DNA of 64,000 nt from Histomonas meleagridis 2922-C6/04-290x. Lineage: Eukaryota > Protista > Parabasalia. The DNA lies in the NCBI GenBank assembly GCA_020184695.1, contig JAANOX010000050.1:1-64000 (forward strand). Direction: 5' to 3'. Within the stretch, counting starts at the first letter, position 1, and every line of letters begins with the position of its first letter. Both the position numbers and the translations under genes were made by a program. The notes beneath the pieces were generated by a model, which worked only from the letters and a program-made list of their open reading frames with translations, made no database searches and was not told the origin of the DNA. This document shows, piece by piece, positions 53,567 through 64,000 of the stretch.

Positions 53567-54080
53567 TTCTTCTTAACGTACAACGGTTTCGATTTTCTCT
53601 GTAATCTTCACTTTAACAGACCAAAAGATCTTTACACTAAAGCTACTTGGCCTCAGGAACCTGGGCGTCTAAAAAACTTTTCAACAAAAATAATAATTTA
53701 TTTATTCTTGAGTATGTTTTGATTTTATATATAAAATACTTAATCACTCATCAATATATGATGTTTCCCACTAACATTTTCCAGGAGGGTGGAAGCAGGT
53801 TCTGCCGAAAGTGATCCAATAGCCATTCTTTCTTTGAAGTCATTTGAACATTACACCACCATCAAGCGTTGAGATAAAAGCTGAAGCTGAATTTTACAAG
53901 ACAAAGTCAACTAAAAATCACTTTTTACAACAATTGTTGCCTTTAGTTGTTTATTTGCAAATTAACATATTAAGAATAATTTGGTTACTGAAAAGATTAA
54001 AAAATAAAGTAATTTAGCTTCGCGTTGAAGAGGTAATTTTAGCTTCTTATGTTCTTAAGTCTTGCAAAATCTAATTCTAC

Positions 54081-54211
54081 TGGAAATATTATTTTTAAAT
54101 ATATTTAAATATATTTAATAATTTTTTATTATTTTTAAATATACTTATAATTTAATAATTTTTTTAAAAAATTAAAATAAACCCAAAATAAAACAAATGA
54201 ATATCTTCAGC
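54081..54211 (-). other. Orphan ankyrin-junction/insert remnant
   Basis: The minus strand reads GCT GAA GAT then ATTCATTTGTTTTATTTTGGGTTTATTTT, matching the insert starts of loci 2 and 4. An AAAATAATATTT unit follows. Confidence 0.55.
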
Positions 54212-54403
54212 ATATATGTCACACAATTGTTTTTAAAGCTAATGGTGAAAATTATCAAATATGTTGATTGAAAGATATTTTCTTTATTATATGTTTTTAT
54301 GCTCGAAAGCACTTCCGTTCATAATGAATTTTTTCTCCATTTTGTTCATCTTATTAAAAAATGACATTTATATAAATAATGATTTGTGTTTCGTTGATTA
54401 AAT

Positions 54404-54809
54404 TGAGAAGTTCAGCTCAATGTTTCTTTGTGGAGATAGCCTTGAGTAACTTTATGGGTTTGTTGATATTTCCACAAAATGCTCTTTTCAAAATGTTTCA
54501 CGGTGGAGCAATGTACGTGAACATTCGGATAACAGAGTTGTAATTATGCTTATTGGATCAAAATGTGATCTTGATGAGATTCGAGAAGTTTCAACAGAAG
54601 AAGGAATTGAATTCAGCAAAAATGAGAACCTTATTTTTTACGAAACGTCGTCTCGCGAAAATATTAATGTTCATGAAACATTCGCAACAATTTTTGATCA
54701 AAAAAATTTTTCCCAATTCTTAGCAATGATAACCAGCCAAAACAAGATGTTGAAAAAGAACCAAAATCAAACGAAAGGGAACATCAGTACATTTTTCTTG
54801 ATTTATTGA
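54404..54809 (+). pseudogene. Rab-family GTPase fragment (Rab11-like)
   Basis: VDISTKCSFQNVSRW..VREHSDNRVVIMLIGSKCDL...FYETSS. The P-loop and switch regions are absent and there is an upstream in-frame TAA. Confidence 0.75.
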
Positions 54810-55079
54810 ACAACGAAAATATATACTCCAAATATATTATTTTTAAGGAATCTGATTTCTACTTCATATATGCCTACAAATGATGAATGGTTTCTCATTT
54901 CCATTACATATATATTAAATTATTTTTAAGTTTTATTAGCAATTTTAAATAAATGTGAGTATCCTTCATTTATGAAATGATCACAAAGTTGAAGTGTTCA
55001 TTATATAATTAAATCAATGATTTAATCTATTAAATAATTCTTTAATGGGTTTAAATTTTTTTTTTACATTTATTAAACA

Positions 55080-55625
55080 TTAGAGTAATGTGCAAGAAGA
55101 TGACTTTTTTCCAGATTCAATTTCCTTTTTAGTTTTTTTGGGCAATTCCGCTAGTAACTCTTGCCTTGCTTGGTCTGGGTTTGAAATGCTTGGTTCAGCA
55201 TCTGTATCTGTGAACTTTTGCCCAAATGGATCTCCATGTATGAAAGCATTATCTTCTGGCTGTTCTGGTGGAGCAATAATTTCATTGCTAAGATCAGCGC
55301 TGATCAACTTACTTACTTGAAGTGGCCTCTTTTCTCTCCTTTCAGAGTTTTGTTCGGATTCAACATCAGATGATGTAATTGAAACATCAGAAATGTCAGA
55401 ATTACCTGAGATTTGCATGCTAGATGAGTCACTACTTTGGTCATCGTGTTTAGAATTTCGGTTCTTTTTTGAAGTATTAAATGAATTGTCATCAGAAGAT
55501 GAAGTATTAATTTTATGTTTTGTATGATTTTTTAGGTCTTTATTAGATTCGCGAGAATATTTTCCACTTTGTGGTGAACCTGAATTCAATCTGCTTAAAT
55601 CATTTTTTTCTTTTTTTATTTCCAT
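55080..55625 (-). CDS. Ser/Asp-rich low-complexity protein with a C-terminal CaaX (CTLL)
   Basis: ATG at 55625. Ends KKSSSCTLL*, a polybasic plus CaaL prenylation signal. Confidence 0.7.
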   Translation of the reverse strand: MEIKKEKNDLSRLNSGSPQSGKYSRESNKDLKNHTKHKINTSSSDDNSFNTSKKNRNSKHDDQSSDSSSMQISGNSDISDVSITSSDVESEQNSERREKRPLQVSKLISADLSNEIIAPPEQPEDNAFIHGDPFGQKFTDTDAEPSISNPDQARQELLAELPKKTKKEIESGKKSSSCTLL

Positions 55626-55867
55626 TAAAATTATTAACGGACATTGACACTTTTCGAATACGAGTTGTAAAAAATTTAGGCAAATCATTCTTTTAAATGA
55701 ATTTTATTGTCAATGCACCGTACAGTAACGCAAGGTTTTTATAATGCAACAAATTCCATAAGAAAAAAAAATTATTTTTAAGTATTAGATCAAAAAATTA
55801 TATTTCAAATAAGTCATACAAAACTAGAAAACAAATAGAGTAAAATGAGGGTGTGAAAAATTCTAGT

Positions 55868-56389
55868 TTATAAAAGTTTCAAATGCCCTGTTACAAGATT
55901 AACTTCATCAACTGGTGCAGGACCGACAGCTATTGCAGCAACCTGACCCTTGTATTGAAGTATTTCATGTATTACATTGTTTTCTTCTGCCTTTTTAATG
56001 AGATCTTCCATCATTTGTGGATTTTGAACTTTTGTACAAACCTTTGCCTGACCTAAGTGATACCAAGTTCCAATGTAAGGTGAATTTTTGGTGATTGAAT
56101 TAATAACAGATTTAATTACCACATCACTTAAACATGAAGCCATTTCAGGAAGTTTTAATCTCATATCAGTTCTTATTCCAACAACAATTTTCAGGTCTTT
56201 ATGTAAATGCAAATTTGGTTCAGGAATAACGATTTTTGAAATTAAATTATTTTCGGGTTTAGTTTGTTCTTGGTCATTCCCATCAATTTGTTTTTCATCC
56301 TTCACCTCATTTCGTTTCTTGAAAAGGACACCATATAGTATACCTGTTAGTATACCTCCTGCGAGCGAAATAACAATTCCTTTGTCCAT
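55868..56389 (-). CDS. Peptidyl-tRNA hydrolase 2-like protein with an N-terminal TM anchor, catalytic motifs degenerate
   Basis: KIVVGIRTDM, W..LGQAKV..KV and AVGPAPVDEVNLVTGHLKLL match PTH2. The GKGK, QxxHA and DAGxTQ motifs are missing. Confidence 0.85.
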   Translation of the reverse strand: MDKGIVISLAGGILTGILYGVLFKKRNEVKDEKQIDGNDQEQTKPENNLISKIVIPEPNLHLHKDLKIVVGIRTDMRLKLPEMASCLSDVVIKSVINSITKNSPYIGTWYHLGQAKVCTKVQNPQMMEDLIKKAEENNVIHEILQYKGQVAAIAVGPAPVDEVNLVTGHLKLL

Positions 56390-56423
56390 TATCGAGCCCG
56401 AACGTGCGACCGTTTGTATAAAA

Positions 56424-56471
56424 AACGGTTTGTTTTACCCTCAGAAAAAATTAAATTTATTTTAACGGTTT
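56424..56471. promoter_or_regulatory. Two Motif-3-like AACGGTTT sites in a 111-bp bidirectional promoter
   Basis: AACGGTTT at 56424 and 56464, plus minus-strand AAACGGTC at 56408-56415, between the divergent ATGs at 56389 and 56501. Confidence 0.5.
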
Positions 56472-56500
56472 AATAACTTCGATCAAAGCAAAGTTTCATA

Positions 56501-59500
56501 ATGAGTAATGTAAAAGGAGGTCGATATGACGACATTGAAATAATATACCGACATTGCGATGTCGTGATCTCCAAAATAGAAAACCTTAATATCTTGTTAG
56601 GACCAGATTCAATAATTGCAGCACAATTTCGGAGGAAAACAGGAAAGGCATTTATCAACTATATGAAACAATACTATGAAGCAAAGGAGCGTAAATCACA
56701 TTCATTACCAAAAGCACCAACAGGAAATGGTCCAACTGATTTCCTCAAAAACATCATCCCCCATTTATTTGATCCTTACGCCATTATTCGTTATGCTTTT
56801 CAATGGTGTCAACTAGCACGATGGCAATTACTCTTTTTAGCTAATACAATGTCTGATTTTGATATTCGTTGGAATCAATTATTAACAACTCGATTTTGCC
56901 AAATATTCACAACTTATTGTCGTGTTGCAATTTCTTTCCATCATTTGCCACTTATTAAACCAGTTTCTGATCTCTGTCCATTAATTGAAATCCCTAATTT
57001 AGAACAATATTTATATGAATCTGATAAGATTTCCAAGTTTGTTGATGAATGTTATGCAGATCCATTTAAATGGATCAACAAAATTTTGAATTTAATTCGC
57101 GATAAATTAAATCGTCTAACAGTCACTCTATCAACATATGTTGCAAGCCTATTTGGACAGTTTCCATTAATTGATTGGAATGTCTTTTCTATCTTTTCTA
57201 AGCCGACTAGTCAACCCGAATCTACATTACCATCCGATGACTTTTATATTTTCGAAAACATTAATCTTTTAAAGTACACATTAATTTTCTTTGTCTGTAT
57301 CTTCCCTGATATAACGAAAGAAAACGAATCATTTAATTTCATTATCGAAAATTTGTTATCAGAATCACCAGTGATACCTATAACGCCAACGATTCGACTA
57401 AAAATTGACGAATTTTTGCATTTTTCGAAAAGCGAAATATTTAGTGATGACACATTAAACTTTATACCGTTATTAGCAAAGCGTAAATTTAACACTGGGC
57501 ATATAAAGCGCATCCAAAACATCAATGTGTTATTAGATGACATTATAAACATGTGTAAGTATGATGCATCGATAATTCCGCAAAAATTTTCTAATATAAT
57601 ATCATTATGTGGTTTAGGTTATTATGAACTTGATCAATACTTTACATATGATATTAATTCACCTGAAGCATTAGAACTGCTAACATCTATTTTAGAGATC
57701 ATTAAATTGATCGAAACAAATGAAGAAGACATTAAACGGTTTTACATTTACAACCTTTCAACAATTGACTTGGAGTTCTTAAAAATTCAATTGAAACCGT
57801 TGGATGAAAGTTCCCCAATTTCAATGAAGTTATCGTTCTTCGTAAAGGCGTTGGAAATGATCAAAATCGAAGAATATGACGCCGATACGAAGTATTGCTT
57901 TGAAAGTTTCTTTATAACTTTTGGCAGAGTTTTATGCGACTTTAACCGCCTGAAGCAAAACTCGATTTCTTCTTATGCGGAACCAATATTTGAACATATG
58001 ACAACAATTATTAACCACATTAACTATGCAACTAAGCCGTTAGAAACATTTTTCGAAATTTGTCCAATTCATTCATTATGGTATCACTCAAATCGATTTA
58101 TTGACCATATAAATGATAAGAAATTAAAACTATCCAAGTGTTTGTCATTCTTAAATATCTTTAAATACTTTAATAGAAGTTCATCAATTTATATGTATCC
58201 AAAAGAAATTGTTCATTTAACCGATCAATTTACTAAAATCAAAAAGCAATTATATGAGCGACTTATTGATGACATTAAAAACAAAATTATGAATAATGAA
58301 TTATTCATAAAATCGTCAAATCAAATGATTGATTTTACACCAAAAGAAATCGAATCCATTTTAGTGTACAACTCTAATTTAGGATATAACGCTGAAATGA
58401 TAAATGAATTTGTAAATATAAATCAAGTCATTATAGAAGTCCAAAAATGTTTAATCGAGTTACCACTGGACGTAAGTGTCTTTGGTAAGAAGATACAAAC
58501 CTTTGATATATTCGAAGAAGGAATTTTGAAATCATTAGATGACATTTTGTTTTCTGACAAAATCGAATTAAACACTAAAAACTTATACAATAACGTCAAT
58601 GTGACGTTTCAAGTCTTATGGCCGATTTACGTATTAATTAACAAGCCGTTTCAGCGAGAAGTTTTCAGAAGTTTACTGAAAAGAGAAATGTTAATTGAAA
58701 ACCAAACGTTTTTAGAAAAAGCAAATTTACTTAATAACAAAAATGAAATTACTAATAATGGTTTGACGAGTATATTATCGAAGAAACTTTTGGAGTATTT
58801 TGAAAATGGAGAATATTTGAAACATTTGTATTTCGAACCATTGAAAAGTTTTTATTCATTAATGAATATTGGCTATACATTGGAGTATTTCCAATATTTA
58901 ATTACATATTTAGGCGTATATCCGAATTTATATCTGTTAAGTAATTTGTATCAAATTATTACAAATTCGATTTTAAATATTTTTAACAATTTCGAACTTT
59001 TGACCAATGAAATCCCAATATGGTATAATGAGTTTCAAAAATCGAATTTGATACCAATCGAAACTATTAATAATAAGACGATTGAAAATTCTGGCTTGAA
59101 CTTGATAAAAGTCGGCGTTTCCATTGTCTTATGCTCCTTGATTAAGGAGTCAATACGGAACAAGTCTGAGGAAGCCATACCCGGCATCAAGAACATCATT
59201 GAAGCCGCTAAGAACCGCATGAACCTATCGTTGAATGAAAAAGAGTTTTTATTGTTAGAAATCACTTCAGATAATTCAATTGCCGATAATCATTTTCTGA
59301 AAAATCTGATCGTCGAGAAAGACATCAAAAAGCAGATTGATTTTGCGAAGTTTATGTTTTTCATCGGTCTTGTTTTCAATCATAACCGATGGAACAACAT
59401 TCAATGCATTTCAATGTACGGTGCGATAACAGAAAATTTGAATTTAATTCCGATTTGCATCAATGAAATCATTGATTCGAAAGACACATTATTTGTTACA

Positions 59501-59734
59501 CAAGATGACTTCTCGATCCAATTAGGCCTCAAGACGTTCCTCCGAACAATCCAACAAATCGTTAGCATTAAGCGGACGAAAGGTAACATCAGATATGTCA
59601 ATGCGATCTATAAAATTATGGAAAACCTGCCGAAGCAAATCAGCTGCCTACAAGTCGGTCTGGTGGATGAACAGTTTCCGAACATATCGATCATTGATGA
59701 AGACGAACAACTCGGGAAGAAAAAGCGTAAATAA
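56501..59734 (+). CDS. NCKAP1: Nck-associated protein 1 / Hem (WAVE/SCAR complex) family
   Basis: 1077-aa helical protein. Segments such as LLTTRFCQIFTTYCRV, KRIQNINVLLDDI..PQKFSNIISLCGLGYYEL and IHSLWYHS resemble Nap1 by eye. Confidence 0.6.
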   Translation: MSNVKGGRYDDIEIIYRHCDVVISKIENLNILLGPDSIIAAQFRRKTGKAFINYMKQYYEAKERKSHSLPKAPTGNGPTDFLKNIIPHLFDPYAIIRYAFQWCQLARWQLLFLANTMSDFDIRWNQLLTTRFCQIFTTYCRVAISFHHLPLIKPVSDLCPLIEIPNLEQYLYESDKISKFVDECYADPFKWINKILNLIRDKLNRLTVTLSTYVASLFGQFPLIDWNVFSIFSKPTSQPESTLPSDDFYIFENINLLKYTLIFFVCIFPDITKENESFNFIIENLLSESPVIPITPTIRLKIDEFLHFSKSEIFSDDTLNFIPLLAKRKFNTGHIKRIQNINVLLDDIINMCKYDASIIPQKFSNIISLCGLGYYELDQYFTYDINSPEALELLTSILEIIKLIETNEEDIKRFYIYNLSTIDLEFLKIQLKPLDESSPISMKLSFFVKALEMIKIEEYDADTKYCFESFFITFGRVLCDFNRLKQNSISSYAEPIFEHMTTIINHINYATKPLETFFEICPIHSLWYHSNRFIDHINDKKLKLSKCLSFLNIFKYFNRSSSIYMYPKEIVHLTDQFTKIKKQLYERLIDDIKNKIMNNELFIKSSNQMIDFTPKEIESILVYNSNLGYNAEMINEFVNINQVIIEVQKCLIELPLDVSVFGKKIQTFDIFEEGILKSLDDILFSDKIELNTKNLYNNVNVTFQVLWPIYVLINKPFQREVFRSLLKREMLIENQTFLEKANLLNNKNEITNNGLTSILSKKLLEYFENGEYLKHLYFEPLKSFYSLMNIGYTLEYFQYLITYLGVYPNLYLLSNLYQIITNSILNIFNNFELLTNEIPIWYNEFQKSNLIPIETINNKTIENSGLNLIKVGVSIVLCSLIKESIRNKSEEAIPGIKNIIEAAKNRMNLSLNEKEFLLLEITSDNSIADNHFLKNLIVEKDIKKQIDFAKFMFFIGLVFNHNRWNNIQCISMYGAITENLNLIPICINEIIDSKDTLFVTQDDFSIQLGLKTFLRTIQQIVSIKRTKGNIRYVNAIYKIMENLPKQISCLQVGLVDEQFPNISIIDEDEQLGKKKRK

Positions 59735-59951
59735 AACTGTTTATACTCAATTTAAACGAATATTTTTTGATCGTTCTTAATAGAAATGCGTTCAAAAAGT
59801 GGAATCGGTGAAAGTATAGTCAATTCTTATCGTTTCGAAACGACTTTTTCTATGCACGTTGTCGTATTTTTTGAAATTTTAACGTATCCGCTCAACATGA
59901 GTGAATTTCAATTGCGCAACCAATAATTGGATACAAAAAGTCCAATAATTC

Positions 59952-61316
59952 ATGAGCTTTCTCACTAATGAGAAATACCAAAGTTCAAGTGAATCATCAT
60001 CAAGTTCCCAGGACGTAGGCACTGACGGTCTTCCAGTTCAATCAGAATATGAATCAGAAAGTGAAGATAAAAATATCGGTTTGGACCAAGAAGAAGACCA
60101 AAGCGAAGTGAAACAAACTCAATCAGCTCCAGCAACTGTCATGAACATGTTAAACTCAATTTTGGGCTCTGGTATTCTCAGTATTGCAAATTGTTTTATT
60201 CCAACTGGATTCATAACATCCCTCATATTACTCATAGTTTTGGCTTTCTTGTCACTCGTAGCTACAATTATGGTACTGAGGCTATCAAGTGAAACCAATT
60301 CAATCGGATTTAACGAATTAACATTAAAAATTTCAGGAAAAGTCGGTACTATTATATTGTCAATCTTAAACTTATGCTTTTTGGTTTTGGGTTTGATTAC
60401 ATATTTCATCATTGCGACCGATAGTTTGGTATCTTGGTTCCAATTGGGTGGAATTGACTTATCTGACAAGTACAAACGCGCAGTTTGCACATTAATATAT
60501 TCAATAATCCCAATCGCATTGACCATTCCTCGTAATATCAGCTTCTTACGATTTTGTAGTACGGCCACAGTTTTCCTTATTGCGTTTTATTCCGTTGTTA
60601 TGATATATAAAATGAGCGCATATGTAAATGAACATCATCAGATCAATCCGACAGCTCATGTTGCATTATTAAGATTTGAGATATTTCAATCATTTTCAAC
60701 ATACGGTATCTCATTTGCATTACCAGCCGTTGTGATGCCCGCAATTCGATTATATAAGAAGAAATTGTCAGATCGAATCAAAGTTGCAATCGCTGCAGTC
60801 GTTGTTGCGTTTGTTTTTGTGATGATTTCAGGTTGTTGTGGATATATAATATTCGGCGACAGCTGTAATGGTAATGTTTTACTTAACTTCGAAAATAATG
60901 ACATTATTATAATCATTGTTCGAGCCGGGTTTTTCGTTATCGTAACATGCGCATATCCAATGTTGGGACAAAGTGTTATGGGAAGTTGGGGACAATTGAT
61001 ATTCAAAGAAGATAATATCCCTGATATGAAAACATGTAAAAGAAGCATTGTATTATTGATTACGAATTTGATTCCATTAATCGTCGCAATGTTCTTACCA
61101 GATATTAAGCCAGTGTTAGCGATTTCTGGTGCTTTCGGTGGATGTTTGGTCGATTTTGTTTATCCAGCAGTGTTATGGATTATACATCATAGAAGTGTAT
61201 ATAAGACATTCGATTATAGAAATATATTGTGTGTTCTGTTCGCACTTTTTGGGTTGGCGACTGCAGCAATATCAACTTATCAATCAGTCATTTCGGCTAT
61301 TGATGCTTTTAAGTGA
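59952..61316 (+). CDS. Amino-acid transporter (AAAP / Aa_trans family)
   Basis: Acidic N-tail, TVMNMLNSILGSGIL, about 11 TM helices and ISGAFGG..DFVYPA. Confidence 0.92.
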   Translation: MSFLTNEKYQSSSESSSSSQDVGTDGLPVQSEYESESEDKNIGLDQEEDQSEVKQTQSAPATVMNMLNSILGSGILSIANCFIPTGFITSLILLIVLAFLSLVATIMVLRLSSETNSIGFNELTLKISGKVGTIILSILNLCFLVLGLITYFIIATDSLVSWFQLGGIDLSDKYKRAVCTLIYSIIPIALTIPRNISFLRFCSTATVFLIAFYSVVMIYKMSAYVNEHHQINPTAHVALLRFEIFQSFSTYGISFALPAVVMPAIRLYKKKLSDRIKVAIAAVVVAFVFVMISGCCGYIIFGDSCNGNVLLNFENNDIIIIIVRAGFFVIVTCAYPMLGQSVMGSWGQLIFKEDNIPDMKTCKRSIVLLITNLIPLIVAMFLPDIKPVLAISGAFGGCLVDFVYPAVLWIIHHRSVYKTFDYRNILCVLFALFGLATAAISTYQSVISAIDAFK

Positions 61317-61998
61317 GAATAAAATAATGTAGTAGATGATTTTAATTAATTTGATGCATGATTTGATGGAGACGATACAATTTTTTCATATCAAAAGTCA
61401 TTTGTACTTTTGTATAAATATCTCAAATATAAAAACAATGAAATTAATCTATCAAAAAGTAGGTAACAAGTGAATTTATCGAACGTTAATGTTGAAACAA
61501 AAACACAATTGTGTGCAAAAAGTTTATTATAAAAGCCCGAAAACATTATATCTCTAAATTATTTTCATTTTTCTTGGCTTGATTAATCATTTAAAATAGA
61601 TTATACATAAGTATAACACAATTTTTCTCTCTTGTTGTTATAAAATTAATTTTCTTGAATTACAATACAAATAGTTGTTTAATACAATCTAATTTAAAAC
61701 ATAAAATTTAAATACATCTAATTTATCTTTGAAGAGAGACAAGTTATTCGATTGTTATTTTTTGTTGTTTGACAAGATATAAAAACGAAAATCACATATT
61801 TATTTGGAAAATGCTTAACAATCACTTTTTGTATTAGTAAGTTCGTAAAGATTTGGGAAAATGGAAAAATTATTTCATATTAATTCCTTACTCAGAATAA
61901 TTTCTTATTTACAACTCCAATAAATTCTAAAAAAATTTTATGCAAAAAATATGTATTTAATTATAATTTATTTCAAACAAAAAACATATGAACATTTC

Positions 61999-64000
61999 TT
62001 ACTTATCTTTTTCTTTCATTTTCTTGCTCATTTCTATTGACATATATAAAAACACAGCATATCCTTCAAAAATCTTTGCATCTGCGTAAGTGAATTTTTG
62101 TGAATTCTTTTTCCACTTCATCACCACGCAGCCAACCAACTCTTCATTTGGTGCAAAGACCGGGGAAACCAACAAAGATTCTTCCGGTTCCTTTTCATTG
62201 TTATCGATTTCACATTTTTTAGTTTTGAGAACTTTATGTAAAAGTTTTCTTTTTCTTTTTTCTTGTTTCAATTCTTCTGATTCTTCTTCCAAATTTCCGG
62301 CCAATAATCTTTTTATGAAAGCCTTTTTTACTCCCAACACATCATCCACGTCATCTTTATTTTTATTTTTTGTTAAATTTTCACCTAATTTAGTATCAAT
62401 ATCTTCATCAACTACATATGGTTCATTTTCAATTAGGTTATTATTAATAATGAATAAATATGCATACATAGCTCCTATAACCTTCCTAATGTTTTTTAGA
62501 ACTTCTTTTGAAATTCTTTTAATTTTGAACGGGTGTGTCAAAATATTTGAAATTTCAATGAAAGATTTTAACCGCAAAGAAAGTTCAATGGAAGTGTTAT
62601 ATAACCGCGCGTTTTCAATTGAAATCCCAGTGAAGACGTTAAACACTTTGATCATCTTTTCATCGTCAGCCGAAAAAGCCTTTTCATCCATTTTATTAAT
62701 CATCTCAGTCACTCCAATAATTTTACCTCTTTCATCAAAGATAGGAACAGATAATATTGAAAGTGTTCGATATCCTGTTTCTAAATCAGTCGCTTTATTA
62801 AACCTTGAATCTTGATAAGCGTCTTCAATATTAATAATTTCTCCTGTTGTAGCTGTATAGCCAACAATACCTGATTCTATCGGCATTTCTATCGAATTTT
62901 CTAATCCTCCTTGAAATGAAGTAATTAATTTATCGCCAGCTTCATTAATCATAAACAATGAACATCTATCAGCTTTAACTAGTTCACAAGCCTTATTCAT
63001 AATATTTGGAATTAACACATCCATTTTTAATTGTCCAGATAAACTTTCTGCAACTTCAAGTAAAGCCGCGAGTCTTTTTTGTTGCAAATGTGAGTTCTTT
63101 AACAACGAGTGACTTTCCTCTATCAAATTCGAGCTTTTTAATGTTGTTATAATATATGGCGATATTTTGACCAATAATTTTTCATCGTAATTTGTGAAGA
63201 AGTTTGGTGTTTTTTTACCACGTAATATAATTAAATAAACAATCTGTGAATCATACGATTTAATTGGCATCGAAAGTAATGAGATTTCGCTGTTTCCATC
63301 GATTTCGTTGTTGTAAGCAGAGTGAAATCCCTGTTTAACCAGAGACAAATTTATCATTTTACGCAACGAAAACCCCGCAATTCCGCTCGCCTTAATGCTT
63401 AGTGAGATTGGTTCGTTTTTATCGGGTAAATACTTTGTGATTTTTCCGGTTTTATTATTCATCGACCAAATTTCCGCAAATTTGCAGTTGAATAATTCGC
63501 ACAATTTTGATGTGACCGTGGATATAAACGTCTTAATTCGTGAGGATTGAAGAAATGTGGATATGTAACTGTCGTTTACAATAGGCTGGAATAGCCAACG
63601 AGAATAAATTTTGCATTTGTTTTGAAAATACTCAACAAATTTTTCGTCGTTGGAATTAAATGAACACGATTTAGGACTACGGATAACAAGGACAACAGCA
63701 ACAACAGTGGAACTAATGTCAAATAATGGAAATCCTAAGATTTGTGAATTGGGATCAAGTCCATTATAATCACTGGTTGTCGTTGAATATGCGATGTGTT
63801 GACTTAGGTTCGGAATATTTTCGACATTTCGCGTGTATTGTATATATCCAACAATGCCTGTTCCATGTGGATAACTTTGCATGGTAGATGGACAATATAA
63901 GGTTTTGATGGAGGAGATATCATGGAAATATAATACCCTTTCGGATAAAAAATATAATTGAAGTGTGGTTTCAACTAATTTAGATATTGGTGATGTTGAT
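61999..64000 (-). CDS. Tandem-GAF-domain protein of the cyclic-nucleotide PDE type, 5' end beyond the window
   Basis: KADRCSLF, GIVGYTATTGEIINIEDAYQDSRFN...GYRTLSILSVP and INKMDEKAFSADDE (NKFDE) motifs. The frame stays open from 63882 to the window end. Confidence 0.88.
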   Translation of the reverse strand, partial: STSPISKLVETTLQLYFLSERVLYFHDISSIKTLYCPSTMQSYPHGTGIVGYIQYTRNVENIPNLSQHIAYSTTTSDYNGLDPNSQILGFPLFDISSTVVAVVLVIRSPKSCSFNSNDEKFVEYFQNKCKIYSRWLFQPIVNDSYISTFLQSSRIKTFISTVTSKLCELFNCKFAEIWSMNNKTGKITKYLPDKNEPISLSIKASGIAGFSLRKMINLSLVKQGFHSAYNNEIDGNSEISLLSMPIKSYDSQIVYLIILRGKKTPNFFTNYDEKLLVKISPYIITTLKSSNLIEESHSLLKNSHLQQKRLAALLEVAESLSGQLKMDVLIPNIMNKACELVKADRCSLFMINEAGDKLITSFQGGLENSIEMPIESGIVGYTATTGEIINIEDAYQDSRFNKATDLETGYRTLSILSVPIFDERGKIIGVTEMINKMDEKAFSADDEKMIKVFNVFTGISIENARLYNTSIELSLRLKSFIEISNILTHPFKIKRISKEVLKNIRKVIGAMYAYLFIINNNLIENEPYVVDEDIDTKLGENLTKNKNKDDVDDVLGVKKAFIKRLLAGNLEEESEELKQEKRKRKLLHKVLKTKKCEIDNNEKEPEESLLVSPVFAPNEELVGCVVMKWKKNSQKFTYADAKIFEGYAVFLYMSIEMSKKMKEKDK

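Noticed and set aside
62090-62815. 241-aa plus-strand ORF (and similar antisense ORFs within BspA, beta-amylase, CDK, Cdc73, Nap1 and the transporter)
   Set aside because: Antisense shadows of well-supported genes.
1-64000. Transposons or viral elements (Maverick, Tc1/mariner, retroelements)
   Set aside because: No transposase, integrase, reverse transcriptase, polymerase B or capsid motifs, and no long terminal repeats were seen.

Overview
AT-rich, gene-dense, essentially intron-poor eukaryotic DNA using the standard genetic code. It is almost certainly from a parabasalid protist (Tritrichomonas/Histomonas/Trichomonas-like), judged from a BspA LRR protein with a DFG tail, DUF3447-ankyrin genes, short R2R3 Myb paralogs, Inr/Motif-3-like promoters and the flagellar gene RSP3. 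Housekeeping genes include Tfb4, Cdc73, farnesyltransferase beta, an Rrp3-like helicase, U2AF35, RFWD3, Nap1, an amino-acid transporter, RidA, beta-amylase, a rhomboid and one tRNA-Met. They are interspersed with expanded-family genes and pseudogenes. The main unexplained signal is in four separate DUF3447-ankyrin loci plus two remnants. Every ankyrin repeat is separated from the next, at the same codon position (after NAK-x, before TAL), by an AT-rich intervening sequence built from 20-nt units. These are mostly 80 nt, but range from 63 to 140 nt and cover all three phases. They break the reading frame or carry stops and offer no frame-restoring GT/GC-AG pair, while the ankyrin segments between them show synonymous and whole-codon variation. 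This points to a candidate non-canonical intron or RNA-processing system, which is an inference and needs RNA data. Other notable items are a Bacteroidetes fimbrillin-like domain in a surface protein, a catalytically degenerate PTH2, a CDK-like pseudokinase, a rhomboid ORF starting at TTG, and a Myb cluster with a conserved upstream element. Several ORF-track starts are TTG/GTG and were moved to the first plausible ATG. The track labels U2AF35 (48976-49947) as minus strand, but the sequence reads it on the plus strand.
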